A stretch of 64,000 nt of DNA. It comes from the human T2T-CHM13v2.0 reference genome, Homo sapiens. The notes beneath the pieces were generated by a model that was not told where the DNA came from, did not search any database, and saw only the letters and a program-made list of their open reading frames with translations. Shown here one piece after another: positions 1 through 15,197 of this stretch (its first letter is position 1; each line of letters starts with the position of its first letter). The stretch is taken from the NCBI RefSeq assembly GCF_009914755.1, contig NC_060939.1. One strand, given 5' to 3'. The position numbers and the translations under genes were made by a program.

Positions 1-2016
1 AGCTATCCATCCGTTAATCTTTGGATTTCAAACATCTGCTGATTGGCCGTAAGACCAGTATATACTTGTGTTCAGTTAGTATTTTATGGTAAAATTTAAG
101 TATGAGGACAATAAAATGTAAAAATTATATGTCCACGTAATGCTTAAATGTCTATTCCTCAAAGAAGTAATTACCAGTAAAAAAGTGTGATCAGAACAAA
201 AAACCGACAAACAAAAAGGAGTCTGAGGAAAAGCCTCACTGAAGAATTACGAGGACATTGAAAGTCACCTCTGTTACTCCCTGTAGTCGTACTTCAAATA
301 TGCGGGCTATTTAGGCAGTATGCATCGCTCTAAATTTTCTTCTTATTACCCCATATGCCCAATGCTACTGTTATTTACAGAATTAATTTTTTAGTCATAT
401 CCCATATGACTTGTGTAATTTTATTTATCAAAGCCTTGTTATCAAACCACGTTGGGGTAATTTATTGGTCTTTCATACCAAAAGCCTTTGTTTTATCAAT
501 ACAAAACAAAAAGCTCTAGAGGTTTGGAGTTTATCCAGAATTGCACGGCATTGTGATTAGCCCATTTGTCAGGACTAATTATGCTCAACTTAGAACAAAG
601 TCTCTTTTTAAAAAGTAGCTAGCCAGCCCCCAATTCTAATGAGGACTTAGAGCCACAGACTTGGCTTAGAATTCATCACAGCTCTCTGAGTATGTGTCAA
701 GTAGAAAGAGAGGGCACATTCCAACTGCTCTTTATTTCTTCTGTAATAAAGTCACAGATAAAAGGAGCATAAAAAGCATGCTTTGGTCTTGGTTTAAGTC
801 TCACTTCAAAAGAATCTGAAGATGATGTGAAGTTAATGCGCTGCTCCCAGCACATCATAAGATGGCTAGGCATGCAGCCCAGGGTGACTGCAGCAGCTGC
901 CAGCCCTGGCTGTGGGATCCGGGGCAAGTCTAAGGAGAGAGAGCAGTTGAGCCTGGAAGCCCTGTCCCAGCCTCTGGCTAGCACAGGGCTTCTTTTTCTT
1001 TCTGCCATTTTAACTAAGCTGGAGGCCCCAGTGTATTCCAGGGAATCAATCTTCAAAATAACTGCTGATTCCATGCAGTGATATTGTTTGTTTCATAAGC
1101 AGATTTGCTTTTATAAAGTAGAACATCTATTTGTTCAAGACATATATTCATGTTGTTCTTTGTGTTGATGAGAGAACCACTGACCGACATCTGTGCACTC
1201 ACTTTGTGCGTGTAAAGGCTGGCCTTAGGCCCTGCATTTCCTGGTTAACTTGTCTGCCATCTATGAGATTCTGTGTCTTCAATTCACAAGCTGTTCAACA
1301 ATTTGTATTGAATAAGAAGACTAAGAAAGATTTAGTCATTTTGAAAAAGAAAATGCTCATAATATAATGTTAGGTAAAAATAGTTGTATAAAAATCTTCT
1401 GTATTGTTTTATGTGTTTGTATTGGGGTGTGGAGATGCACCAAGATAAAAAATACCCTTGAGACAAAATAGTAGTGGTGGCTTTTCTCTCATATCTCCAT
1501 AATGCTTTTCTTCTTAAATTATTGATGCATATTCCAAATGATTTAAAATTTTGCTTTAAAAAATCTTTAAAATCACAGAAAAATACGTAGAAGAAAACAA
1601 CAAATCTGCATCTCCACCAGTTTTTGTTAATATCTTGGTACATATGTTTCCAGAGTTTTGTTTTAACATGAGACATACTCTTTTCCATACAATAGACTCG
1701 ATTTCATATTTTTAAAAAAATCTCAAAAGTGGGGAAAAATATAAACATGAGAATTTTTTTTTTAAAAAACTTAAATTCTATCTCCTAGTAAAGATCACAG
1801 CTAATATCAGGTAGATAGCTTTCAAAATAATCTTCAATGAATTCACACAGAGAGATTCATAGACCAGTATGCAGATAGAAAATGTAGCAATGTTTGATAA
1901 CAATTTTGTACGATTGATGTTATTTTAAAAAGTAAATGGGATTTTTCTGGATTCTATTAGAATAAAAAAAGAAATAGAGGAATTAAAACTTCAAACAAGT
2001 GGGTTTTTTAATCAAC

Positions 2017-2145
2017 AAATATATTATTTTCTGAAAGACTGCTCTGAAGTTAAGAAAAACAATTTTAAAGATTCAGAGATAGAAATATATTATTATCTGA
2101 AAGATTGCTCTGAAGTTAAAAACATTTTTAAAAGATTCAGAGATA
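2017..2145. repeat. Tandem duplication, ~66-bp period, 2 copies
   Basis: aaatatattatt(t/a)tctgaaaga(c/t)tgctctgaagttaa...aaagattcagagata occurs at 2017 and again at 2083. Confidence 0.9.
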
Positions 2146-2429
2146 ACTATTAGTTATATTCTTCAATTTTAGACAGAATCGATAGTCTCAACACTATGAA
2201 AAATGAAGTAACGCCAATACCTACCAGCCAGAGATTGTTAAGAACACACTGACAGTTGATTGATTGGGATGATTATTTGTTGCGGTGAAAGAACACATAC
2301 CATGGGGAACCGTGGGGCACCTCAGTAAGAGGGAAATAAAGGAATTATTGTAGGTCTTAGGTGTTTGGATGGAAGGTTTGAGGGACTAAGGCTTGGCTCT
2401 CGATTGGATTTTATCAGGAAGCTGTGGTT

Positions 2430-3480
2430 ATTCTGGTTTTATAAAAGAATGGATGTTGAATTTTGTCTACTTTTTCTTTATCATTTGATGTGATCATATG
2501 ATTTTTTTCTTCGTTAATATTGTGGGTTGCATTGATCGATTTTCAAATATTGAACCAACCTCAAATCCCTGGAATAAATCTCATTTGGTCATTGTAAATA
2601 ATTATGTCTATAAATTACTGAGGGTATAACTACTCTTATAAATATTAATGCAAAATTCTTAAAATATTAATATTGTTAATATTATTAACAATACAACATT
2701 AATATCAATTCAATATTAATATTGTATCAATTTGATGATATTTGTTTATATCTTGTTGAGAGTTTTTAAATAATATTTATGAGAGTAATTCTGGCCTCAT
2801 AAAATGAAGAGAGAAGTGTTCCCTCCTCTCATACGTCCTGGAAGAGTTTGTGTAGAATTGGTGTTAATTCTTCTTTAAATGTTTGGTAGGATTCTCTAGG
2901 AAATAATCTGGGACTGAAGATTTTTTGTCGGGAATTCTAAAATTATGAATTCACTTTACTTAATGATTATAAGACTATCCAAATGCCTTATTTTATATTA
3001 AGTGAACTAGGGCAGTTTGTCGTTTCCTATAAATTGGTTTATTTCAGCTAAGTTACCACATTTATGTTTGAGAAGTTGTTACACTATTCCCTGATTATCC
3101 CTCTGATGTCCTTACAAGATCTGTAGTTTTCTGTTTTATTTCCAATATTGGCAATTTGCTATTATCTTTTTGGGGGGGCCGGTTCTCCTAGTGGTTTGTT
3201 AATCTTATTGATAGTTTGGAGAATCATCTCTTTGTTTCTTGTTTTTCTTCTATATCATTCTGAGTCATCAATTCCATTAATTTCTGTTCTTTATTGTTTC
3301 CCTGATTCTACTTGATTTGGGTTTATTTTGTTCTTGTTTTTCTGGTTTCTAAAAGTGGGAGTTTAGATTATTGATTTCAGACTTTTCCTCTTTCCTGAAG
3401 TGTACATTTAGTGCTATAAAACTCTCATTAAGCACTACTTTAGCTGTATCCCACACAGTTTGATGTCTTTTATTTCACAC
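2430..3480 (-). mobile_element. Old L1 (L1M) ORF2 fragment
   Basis: T-rich antisense L1 motifs such as ggatgttgaattttgtc, aattggtgttaattcttctttaaatgtttggtagg and gcactactttagctgtatcccaca. Confidence 0.8.
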
Positions 3481-3529
3481 TCTACTAGTATGGACATTTT
3501 ATCAGTTTAATTGTAGTGTAGAAGCCACA

Positions 3530-3925
3530 TCTCATTTTACATCTTCTATAGCCACTAAACAGTAATTCCTCCTCCCCCCAACCCATGGGAACCACCTTAC
3601 TACCTTCTCTTTCTATGACTTTGACTACTTTAGATACTTCATATAAGTGGCATCATACAGTATTTGTCCCTTTGTGCCTGGCTTATTTCACTTAGCATAA
3701 CGTCCTGGATGTTCATCCACGTTGTAGCCATGTGACAGGATTTTCTTCTTTTCTAAGGTTGCATAATATTCCATTGTAAGTATATGCCATATTTTTAAAA
3801 TTCATTCATGCTTTGATGGATATTTGAGATGATTCCACCTCTTGGCTATTGTGAATGATGCTGTTGTGAACATGGGTATGCAAATATCTCTTTGAGATCC
3901 TGATTTGAGTTCTCTTGGATACACA
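3530..3925 (-). mobile_element. L1MB-like 3' end fragment
   Basis: catataagtggcatcatacagtatttgtccctttgtgcctggcttatttcacttagcataa...gctattgtgaatgatgctg. Confidence 0.85.
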
Positions 3926-6900
3926 TACATTTAGAACCACATTGAACAGTTTTATAATATTTGCTTCAACTATCAACATAAATTAGAAGACTCAAGACAA
4001 GGAAAGTCTGTTGTATAATTCTTTCCACTGATCTCCTCTGTGTTCTGAGGAGAACACAATTCATGTTCAATTCATCCATTGAATTTTTAATTTTGTTTAT
4101 CATACATTTCAATTTTAAAATTTCCTTTGATTATTTTTGTGTCTCCTATACCTTTGCTGAGACTCTCTATTTGTTTCCGAAGTGTTTGTAATCACTTGTG
4201 AAAGCATTTTTTGAGGGCGACTTTAAAAATTCATGTAAAATTCCTCACATCTTTGTCACCCTGGTATTGGCATCTGTTGATTGTCCCTTTCTTGTTCTAT
4301 GTTTAGCAAACTGTTTTTTATTGAAAGCTGGACATTTTGGATGTTTTACTATTAGGCTCTGAATCTTTCTAAAATGTTGTATGAAGCCTCTTTTGACACT
4401 GCTCTAGTGAGGAGGAGAGGGACATTGTCTCCTTACTTGCAGGTGGGGGTAGAAGTCCAGGTTACCTACTTGGCCTTCAGTGATACTCCATGGGTGAGGT
4501 GCTCCTTGGTCTTTCTGGGCAGAGGTAGGAATTTGATTTCTGCACTAGGCCTCTGCTGATGCCACTCTGGCTTGGAGGGGTTTGGATTTGACACCGTGCC
4601 AGGAGCGCTCATGGCCATCTGGCAGGTATGGAAGTCTTGGGTCCTCTCTTGAGCTTCTCTCATGCTGCCCTAGTGGAGGAGTTGGGGGATCACATTACAA
4701 CAGAACAGTGGGCAAGCCTAGCTTCCTTATTTGGCCTTGGCAGGAGTGAGTGAGGCTGAGGCCACAGGCTTTTTCTGGGATGTGTGGCTGGAATCGGGTG
4801 ATTATTGTCTGAAGTGTTCTGTTGTGTGAGGCTGCCACTTTCTTGTGTCTTTACCTAGAGAGAATCAGCCTTTGTTGGGCATTGCTTTTTGGTCTGTACT
4901 TGTTGGTGCTTCCAGGTTGCTGGCTTTTTCAGCCCCTATTCTGGGTTATGTGATGCAAAAAGACAACCCAGGGAAATAATCTTCATGTCTTTCCTCGGGT
5001 CCCAAAGTCCCTAGTTGGTCTTCTCCACATTTCGAAGCGTTATGATTATTTCATATAAATATGTAGGTTTATTAGTTTTATTTAACTTAGTGGATAGGGT
5101 AAAGTATGTAGACTTCATCTTCTCAGAAGCAAATGTCCAAAAAAGAGGTAATTGTATGCTTGGGTATCATAATAAATCATATCTAAAAGGGAAGACGAGG
5201 CCAAGGCTGAGTCTGTAATCAGTAGAGGAGCAGCAGCCACTCACATGGCAGGATGTAGAAAAATGTTTGGTGATTCTTGTGGCTTAGACAATGTTTATGC
5301 TTTGTCTCTGTTTAGATAAAGTGGTCTTCTTTTGGTCTTGATATATCAGGGTCACAAAATATCCTTGTCTGATGATGATGTTCTGTGAAAATTTTATGCT
5401 CAAAAGGAAAACACCAAGTCTATCTGTGAGTGCCAGGCCAGGTCTCAGCAGCACCAAGCCCTGGCCCATTGCACCAGTCCATAGCCCAGATGCAGGAGGC
5501 TGCTGTCCTCTTTCCCACAGACACGGTCACTCTCAGATTTCCTCTCATCAGTATCCCCCTCATGGCTAGTTAGTGCTTACATTATTAGTTTTTCATTGTT
5601 AGGTTCTATAAATGCCAAGTTATCTTTTAAAATTCTGTTTTCCAAGGTTGTTTTGCACTGGTTTATATTTAAGTGAATTCAGTGATTACTGTGCTTCCTG
5701 ATATAATACTTCCTTCCTCTCTGAGTTCTTAACTTGGGTGGGATTTATTTTTAAGTAATTTCTCTTACGAAAGACTCACGGGTGCTGTATTCCAGAATTT
5801 GTTTCCTTTTGAGAATGTCTGCCCATGTATTGATTCTTTAATTATACCTTGACTGAGTCACAGTGTCTTTCCCGCAATATCTTATAGACATTGTTCTAGT
5901 GTCTTCAGACCTTGATTATCGTTTTGGAGAACTTGGAGGCCAAACTCATGCTTTCGCCTTGGAAAAAATTTGCCTTATTTTACTGAATGCCTAAATTTCT
6001 TTATTCTTAAATGAGAAAATTTTATTTTAAAAAAGCTTAAATGTGAAAATGACTCGGAGTTCAGAAAAGTATGTATTATTTTAATTGGCAGATTTGGTGT
6101 TCCTATTTCTTTGATTAGGGTAGAGTTTTATGTATGATATTTTTTGATATGTTGTGTGTTTCATATGAGTGTTTCCTACCCTATGAACACCAGGTAATTT
6201 AGATTGGATTGCCTTTCTGGCTTTCATATTTTTGTCTTACTTCTAATGGCTTTAATTCCATTTTCCCCTGTGTGTGCTACATTCACCATGATTTCTTCCA
6301 GGTCCATCATTGAAACTTCACCATTGTTTCTTCATTCCTCAATGTTTCTGACAAAGGTAATCATCTGCAACAGGTTTTTGATTCCAAGTTTGTTTACTTA
6401 GGTCTGCAATCAGCATATCCTGTTTGTCTCATTCTGTTGTTTCATTTTAAATTATTTTTATAAATTATTCATTTCTTTTCTTATGCTACTGTGTGAATAA
6501 ACTCAGGGAAGTCACTTTCCTTTTCTCTGAGTTGTGTTTTCTTAGGATTTATGTCTTGATTTGTCATATATGTGATATGCCTATCCATGTTCCCTTCCTT
6601 CTGTTTCTTTCCTTCTCCCTCTTTCTTTCTTCTTCCTTCCCTCCACCACCTGGCATGGAGTGTCTGTTCCTTTCTTCCCTCAGACTGTGAGACTAGTGTT
6701 TGCTGCTTTTACGCTACACTTTGCATTTCCATAGCTAGTCTGGCTTCTCGGGAGAAGGCTGGGAACTCTCCTCTCTGCTTCTAAATTATTTGTTTCTTTC
6801 TGATTTTAAAGCTTTGTGATTGATTGTAACATTTGTTTTTATTTTCTTCTGCATAACATTTTCTCCTTTACTTCTTTGGTCATTGTGTGTGACGTCCAAC

Positions 6901-6930
6901 TCCAATTCCATTAGATGTGGGTTCATCTTT

Positions 6931-7248
<318 letters not shown>

Positions 7249-9389
7249 AGATGTGGGTTCATCTTTGACTCCAACTTCCTGGAAAGCTGAATCATAAGTC
7301 TTATCAGAAAGATGGCAGCTTTACAGTTTTCACGGTGATCACTGTGACTGTCCGCCACTCTGTCCAGAAGGCTTGTCTCTGACTCCCACGACAAGCATCA
7401 CCTTTTCTGTGATGTGGCTGCGCTTAGTCCAGCCTTTGGCTGTAATGTGGGAAGAAGATATCTGCTCATCAGTACTTTCTCACGGAGCAGACCTCGTCAG
7501 TTGCAGTGGTGCTAAGGGCGGTGTTTTCGGCATCCCAAGATAACCAACCTCATATGCCTTGGGGTATGCATTTGTCATATTGATAATTACAAATTAAAAC
7601 AGTTCTTAGAATGTTCAGGATTTAATTTGATACAAAGATATAAGACTAATTCTAGGATATTGAAAACTCAGATCAATGAAGTGGTTCTTTGTTCTTATTC
7701 TAAGCACTTATCGATCTCAGACAAAAAATTCCCCAGGAGTCTCAGGAAACAAAACACAGTGCATGGGGAGATTGGCCTCCTGACGCCCTCCTGTCCATTC
7801 AGATCTCCCATTATTGAAACAATAGCGCCACATAGCAAGACAAATCACTAACTATAAACAATGCAGTCCCTGGCAAGAGGACACTCAATTTAAAAAAAGT
7901 CCAGCCCCAGTCTGAGGATTAGGCTTGCATTTGTTTTCAGCAGCCAACTCCCTTTTGATATAAAGCTATTGTTTTAATGGAAATGTTTATGTCGGAGTAA
8001 GAGGCAGTACAGTTCTGAGAATATTTGATAAGCCATAAGCATGAGCATCAATTAAGCTCGTAGCTCTTATTGAAGGAATTCAATACAAATCATAAATTTC
8101 ACTCACCTCATTCTGAAAAGCCTGAAAAGTGTCACACAATGTCTACAACTTCAGCACATTTTAAAAGCAAAGCTAACACGTGCTGGTACTTCCCATGGCT
8201 TAGGCCCTGTTCTGGGGGCCGAGGAAAGCCCACAGGCAGAATTCTCCATAAGCAGATGTGGATGGGGAGCCTGAGCTCACCCCAGGAGTCAAGAAAGAGA
8301 CCTTGAAACTGAGACCCAAAGGATGGGAGGAGCTTGCCAGGCAAAGGCTGCCTCGGACCTGGTGGAACAGGTGACTCTGGGCAGCTGGGCTGCTTGAGAG
8401 CCAAGTCCCCTGGCAGAGGATGCACAGTGTGTCCCCGCTGCAAAAAGAGGGTCAGTGTCTGGAACACACAGAGCAAGGAGGCATGGAAGAGCAGCACTCA
8501 GAGAAGCAAGCTCATTTCTCTCTGCGTGGGGAGTGGACTTTACGTTATCAGCTGATTTGAGCTGGGCAGAGAGTGACCAGGAAATGAACACGAGGGAACT
8601 GAATGCAGGGAATTCAAGGCTGAACTGAAGGGCAGGGAAGACAGGGGATAGTGAGATACCCCAGAGATGATAAAGGATGGAAGCACCCTCATGCCCAGCC
8701 TGGTAGGACAGAGGCAGCAGGCACTGTTGCTAGAGGCCCGGTTCACAGCAGCTCCCAGAAGCCAAGACAGCACCCGACACACAGCCCGAGGCAGAAGGGG
8801 AGGAGAACCGCCCTGACTTCCCTCCTGCTCCACGCTGTCAGCTACGTTTCCCACCGCGACTCCACCGCGACTTCCCTTAGCCATGCACTGGGGAGCTGCA
8901 GAAACAGCCGCACCTGTCAACCTTCGAAAGGTACAGAGTGGTGCAAGAGAGAGGTGAGGAATGGATCTGTGGGCAAAGGCCCAGCACCAGCCAGACGTTA
9001 CGTAAACGTGCTAAATAAAGCAGGCCCTTATATTCCCAGCCCCTAAGACGCCTTTCCTGTTGGGATCTTCCCTAAGCCCCACCTGCTAATTTAGTCCTAA
9101 AAATGTATCCAGCCTACTCCATGTTCTCATTTATTTTTATTTTAGGATACATTCCCCTGTTGTATCAGTTAAGTGAGTGCAAACTTTGCAGTGTTCAGTA
9201 CCACAGTCTGATCATCTGCATTCATCATATCACTAAGTTTCTAATATTTTTAGTGACCTGCAGGTGTAATTTGTATTTGCTGTTAAAAAAAAAAAATTAA
9301 TCCAGGAATCTTATATAAGGGGGAATGGAAAGGTAAAAGATGACGTTAGATTTAGCCTGGGGAGGCTGTCTGAGAAAAATAGGAAGTAA

Positions 9390-9693
<304 letters not shown>

Positions 9694-10827
9694 AAAGTAA
9701 TGTATGTTTCTAAATGTTGAAATGGGTGGTAGAAGCAGATTAACACCTTTGTCCCTGAAGAGCACAGACATCAACCACAGTGATGTAACCAGAACAGACT
9801 CTTTTCTAAGCAAGCTCTACAAGTCTTCCTGGAATATTCCCTGCAGATAGTTATGGGACGAAACGAGCATCAGGTTAGTCTTCGAGGCTGCCTTTTAGAG
9901 CCTCAATGTCAGTCACCTCAGAGATGTTTTAAGCCCTTCTCCCAGATATAATAAGTTCCATTCCAAATGAGGCTCAGTCTCCTGCAATCTACTGCATTTA
10001 AGTCAGGTCTCCTAACTGACAGCTCATCTCTCACTCTTGAGTTGAATGGATTCCATCACCCATGAAAAATCCTGAAGCCTTAGGACACACGATCTGAGCG
10101 GATTTATACAAAGGAAAATATGCTTATGAAACATCTTAGCCTGGCTCTCCTCATCTTCTGCATCCTTCAGGTATTTATAGCTGAGTCCAAGTTCTGTCTC
10201 GTTTGGTTGTGTGCAAGCACCTTTGAACACTTAGGGATGAGAAACAAAGAGTTTTCATTTCAGGTACACCTCTGGTTTGTCATATTGGAATCACCTACAA
10301 GCAGGAGAAGAGTGTGGGATGTGATATTGAGACAATGACAGCTTTTAGGGGACAGCACTTGCTTCCTTCCCCATGAGTCTTGCATACCCATGTTGAAGCA
10401 TTCTCACACATTGGCTATCAGGGATCTCAACCCATAGGGGCCAAGTAACAAGGTGAGTCCTCCCAGGACTGAAGCCACAATCACTAGCATCAGAACACTC
10501 TAAAAGTAAGGTCAAGCTCAAGGTAGGAGAGTGTGTAATGTGTAGACAATAAAAATTAGATGGCTTAGGTCAAAGAAGCTAATCAAATTTAACATGAAGT
10601 CTAAATTACAACCATGGATCATGTTAACTAAGTTTATTTTCATTCAGTGTTTGTATTCAATATCATTGTTATTCAATGAATAATACTTTGTAGCTTATAT
10701 TTTGATTTATTGTTTGATCCATAGGCTGTTTAATGATTTTATTTAAAAATGATTTTATATTGAAATTTAGTTGTAAGAAAAAATACTGAGATCCCATGCA
10801 TCCTTATTCATTTGCCCCAGTGGTAAT

Positions 10828-11723
10828 TGTAGCTGGAAAAACACACACTCAAAGTGCTTTATCCTATTCCCTCACTCAACAGCAACAATCAATACAGATT
10901 TCTGTGACCAAATGTGTGGCTTTTTTCCCCAGATCTGAAGTGTGCAATCAGTTCTGCAGGGGACACCAGCTGGGTGTCCACCTATTCAATTCTAACACTC
11001 TCCACCTGGAGATAGCATCAAATCCTAAAGGTTGAGGGCTCTGTCCTTAAAACCACCCCACACTTAAGACACCAGTCCCAAGTCTAGGTCTCCAGAGCTT
11101 CTGACCAACGGGCTTCAAGTTGGGGTTCTCACAACCCCCTCTTTGGGTTTGATCAATTTTCTGGAATGGCTCACAGAACTCAGGGAAATACTTATTTCAG
11201 ATTACTAATTTATTACAAAGGATATTTAACAGGATACAAATAACCAGGCTGATGAAGAGATACGTAGGGCGAGGTCTGGAAGGGTCTCAGGGCAGGAGCT
11301 TCCCTCCCCATGGAGTTGGGGTGCGCCACCTGCATCCGCACATGGGTGAGTTCTCGTTCCTGTTCCTGCCAGCCTCCACATGTTCGGCCATCTGGAAGTG
11401 CTCAGAACTCTGTCCTTTGGGGCCTCTTACAGAGACTTTATTACATAGGCATGGCTGGTTAAACCGATGGCCATTGGTGATCAACTTAACTTTCAGCTTT
11501 CTCCTCTCCCTAGAGGTTGGGGAGTGAGGCTGAAAGTCCCAGCCTTCTAATCCTGCCTTGGTCTTTCAAGTGACCAGCTCCATCCTGAAGGTGCCTAGAG
11601 GCTGCCAGCCATCAGTCAATTATTAGCACACAAAACAGGCATCACCTGGGAGATGCCAAGGATTTCTGGAGTTGCATGACAGAAAATGGGGATGAAGCCA
11701 AATATATATTTCACAATGTTATA
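10828..11723 (-). mobile_element. MER21-family solo LTR inserted into an L1 3' fragment
   Basis: The right end (ccaaatatatatttcacaatgttata) is the reverse complement of a MER21-like start; internal gacaccagctgggtgtcc; 5-bp TSD GTAAT at 10823 and 11724. Confidence 0.75.
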
Positions 11724-11729
11724 GTAATG

Positions 11730-13860
11730 CTTTGGGGAAAAGCGGACCACCACAACCATAATACAGGCATGAATCCAGTCAAGATACAAAACATTTCGAT
11801 CACCACATGGGCCTCTCATTGAGACCTTTTATACCACACCCACTTTGCTCCCACCTTCACACCCTCTTTAACTCTCTGCAACCCCTAATCTGCTCTCCAT
11901 TTCAGGAATCCTGTATCAGTGGAATCATATAAAATGGAACTTTTGGATTTGGCTTTTTTTTCCCTTTTTTTCACTCAGCATAATCTTCTGGAGATTTGTC
12001 CAAGTTATTGAGTGTACAATAATTTGGCTTATCCCAAGGCTCAGAATACAGTCTATTTGATGTGCACATACCAAGAATGTGTACTCTGCTGACATTGGGT
12101 AGAGTGTTCTATAAATGCAAATTAGCTCAAGTTGATTGCTAGTGTTGTTCAAATCTTTTGTGTTCTCACTTATTTCCTGTCTGCATGTTCAAGCATTTAT
12201 TGAGAGAGAAGTACTGAAATCACTAAGCATAATTGTAGATTCATCTATTTCTCCTTGCAATTCTGTCCATTTTTATTTCATGAATTTGGAAGCTCTATTA
12301 TTAGGTGCATGAATGTTTAGGGTGATTTTTTATCTTGTGGCACTGACCCTTTTTCATTAGGAAATGAATTTCTTTATCTGTTGTGGTGTTCTTTGCTTTA
12401 AAATCTACTTCCAGATTAATATAGGCTCTTGAGCTTCCTTTGATTATTATTACCACAGTAAAACTTTTATTTAATCCTTTTACTTTTAATCTATTATTGT
12501 CTTTATTATTAAACTTTTTTTCTTATAGGTAACCTGTAGTTGGGTCTTGCTTATATATCCAAATTGAAAAACTATGACTTAATTTGGGTATTTGCACAAT
12601 TTAAATTTGATGTAATTATTGACACTTTTGGTTTTAATCTGTGATCCTCCTTTTTTGTTCTATTTCTCCTCTTTTTCTCATCTTTTGTTCTTTTTCTCCT
12701 CTACTTCTCGTCTATTTTTTGTTCACATTTTTCCTCTTCTTCTACCTTCTTTCATATTGATTGAACATATTTTATGATGCCATTTTATCTTCGTAGTTAC
12801 CTTTTGAGATAAAACTTTTTGACTTGTTATTTTAGCAGTTTATTTTAGAGCTTATTGTATACATCTTGAACTTACCACAGGGTACCCTTAAATATTTTGC
12901 CACTTTATGTATGATGTAAGAATTTTACAAGAGTACACTTATATTTCTCCATTCCCAAACTTTGTGCTATTGTGATTATACATTTTACTTTTGCATATGT
13001 TAAATATCATATTACATAGTTACTATTTTTGTTAAAGAGATTTAAATAGGATGAAAATAAACTTTATTTCCCTATGTAGTTACCATTTCCGGGACTGACA
13101 TTTCATTGGTGTGGATCCAGATTTCCATTTGGTGTCTTTTTTTTTCTTCCCCCACCACCGCCCCAACAAAGATTTCCTCTAACATTTATTGTAGTGTGGG
13201 TTTGCTAGTGATCAATTCAGCTTTCATGTCTAGGAAAGTCTTTATTTTGCCTTCATTCTTTGAACATATATTTGCTGAGTATAAGCTTACAAGTTAACAG
13301 GTTTTTAAAAATTTCTCCTTTGAAATAATTTTTGATTTACAAGAGAATTTATTTACATTTTGCTCACTTTCCCTTCATGTTAATATTTTACTTTGCCATA
13401 GCGAGGTTATCAAAACTAAAAAATTAACATAGCCACAATACTCTTAGCTAAACTACAGTCTCTATTCAGACTTGACCAGTTTTTCCACTAACGTATTTTT
13501 TCTGTTCTAGGATCCAATTATTGATACCACGTTGCTTTTAGTTTTCACATCTCTTTAGTCTCTTCAAATCTATGATAATTTGTTTTTTTTATGACCTTGA
13601 CACTTTTGGTCACTACTGGTGAAATATTTTGTAGAATGTCCTCAACTTGGTCTTGTCTGTTTTCTCATGTTAGACACTTCTCATTGTATCACATAGGGAT
13701 TACATGATGCCAATATAACTTATTACTGGTGATGTTAACCTTGATCACTTGGTTAAAGTGCTGTCTGCCAGATTTCCCCACTGTAAAGTTACAATATTTT
13801 CTTTGCAATTTTCTACTTGTTAGTACTGAGCCACTAAGTTTAGCCTGTAATCAATTAAGG
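11730..13860 (-). mobile_element. Stacked old L1 fragments (3' UTR pieces and endonuclease-domain piece)
   Basis: ORF 11925-12152 (-) contains NQLELICIYRTLYPMSAEYTF, an L1 endonuclease remnant. L1 3'-UTR-like sequence at 11730-12020 and 13315-13860. Confidence 0.75.
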
Positions 13861-14602
13861 AGATAATATTAGCTGTAGTATTTCTGTAGATGTTCTTTAT
13901 TGGTTAATGATGTTCCTTTCTATTCCCAGTTTGCTAGAAGCTTTTAATTATAAATGGATGTTTCAATTTATCAAAAAATTTGTTTACATTTTCTGAATAA
14001 TTGTGTTTCCTCTTTAGTGTGTTAATATGTTGAGTTACATTGATTGATTTTTGAATGTCACCAGCCTTGTATTCCTGTCATGTGGTGTGTGTGTGTTTAG
14101 TTAGATTCAATTTGCTATTATTCTGTTGGTGATTTTTGTGTCTACATTAATTAAGTATATTAGCCTGTGGTTTTCAGAAAATACCTGTGTCTGGTTTTGC
14201 TATTAAGGCCTAATAGAGTAAGTTGGGTATAGTTCCCTTTTATTCAATTTTCTGAGAAAAAAGATTACATAGAATTGGTGCTATTTCTTTCTTAGATCCT
14301 TGGTATAATTTGCTAGTGAAGCCTTCTGTGATTTGAATGGTATTTTTAGAAAGATTAAAATGTAACTTAATAGATATAGGTTTATTCAGGTTATTTATTT
14401 CTTCTTGAGTGAGTCTTAATAGTTTGTGTTTTTCAGGGGATATGTTCATTTCACCTAAGCTGTAGAATTATTGGCATAGTGTTATGCATTCAGCATTGTT
14501 CCCTTACCATCCCGTAATGTTGCCCCACTACCTTCATTCCTGATATTGGTAATTTGTGTCTTATCTCTTTCTCTTGCTCGGACTGTCTAGAGGTTTATCA
14601 GT

Positions 14603-15197
14603 TGCAATGGGGAGAATTCTAAAATGGCCTCCAGGATTTCCCACCTGCTACATAATCTTTCACACTGTGAACTTGATGGATTTGACTCCCATGACTAAGT
14701 TATTTATATGAGACAGTTGAATTTAAGACATGGAAATTATCTGGGTGGGCTTTAATTGATTATACAAGCCCTTTACAAATGGAGTCTTCTGTGACTGGTT
14801 CCAGAAGGGGAACTCAGAGAGTTGAGGCACCAGAAGAATTGGATATGGTCTTGCTGGCTTAAATAAGAACGCTGCCATATGGAAAGGAAAGGGGGAGCTG
14901 AGTGCAACCACTGGCCAACAGACAGTGGAGAAACAAGGGACTCAATCTTGTAGCCACAGGGAGCTGAATTCTGCCAAAACCTGAATGATATTAGAAGGAG
15001 ATTTTTCCCTAGAGCCCCCAGAAAAGAATGCAGCCCTGCTGGTATATGGATTTCACCCTTTTGTGACCCTAAGGAGAGAATGCAGTAATATCATGCCTGG
15101 ATGACTGACCCATGGAATTGTGACATAATAATGAGTGTTTTCTTAAAACACTACATCTGCAATCAATTGTTAATGTAGCAGTAGAAAAACTAATACA
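14603..15197 (+). mobile_element. MLT1 (MaLR) solo LTR
   Basis: TG...CA ends; aattctaaaatggcc near the start, attatctgggtgggc internally, and gtagcagtagaaaaactaataca at the end. Confidence 0.82.

Noticed and set aside
697-1688. ORFs of 78-125 aa at the start of the window
   Set aside because: Intronic, overlapping on both strands, with no recognisable homology or splice context.
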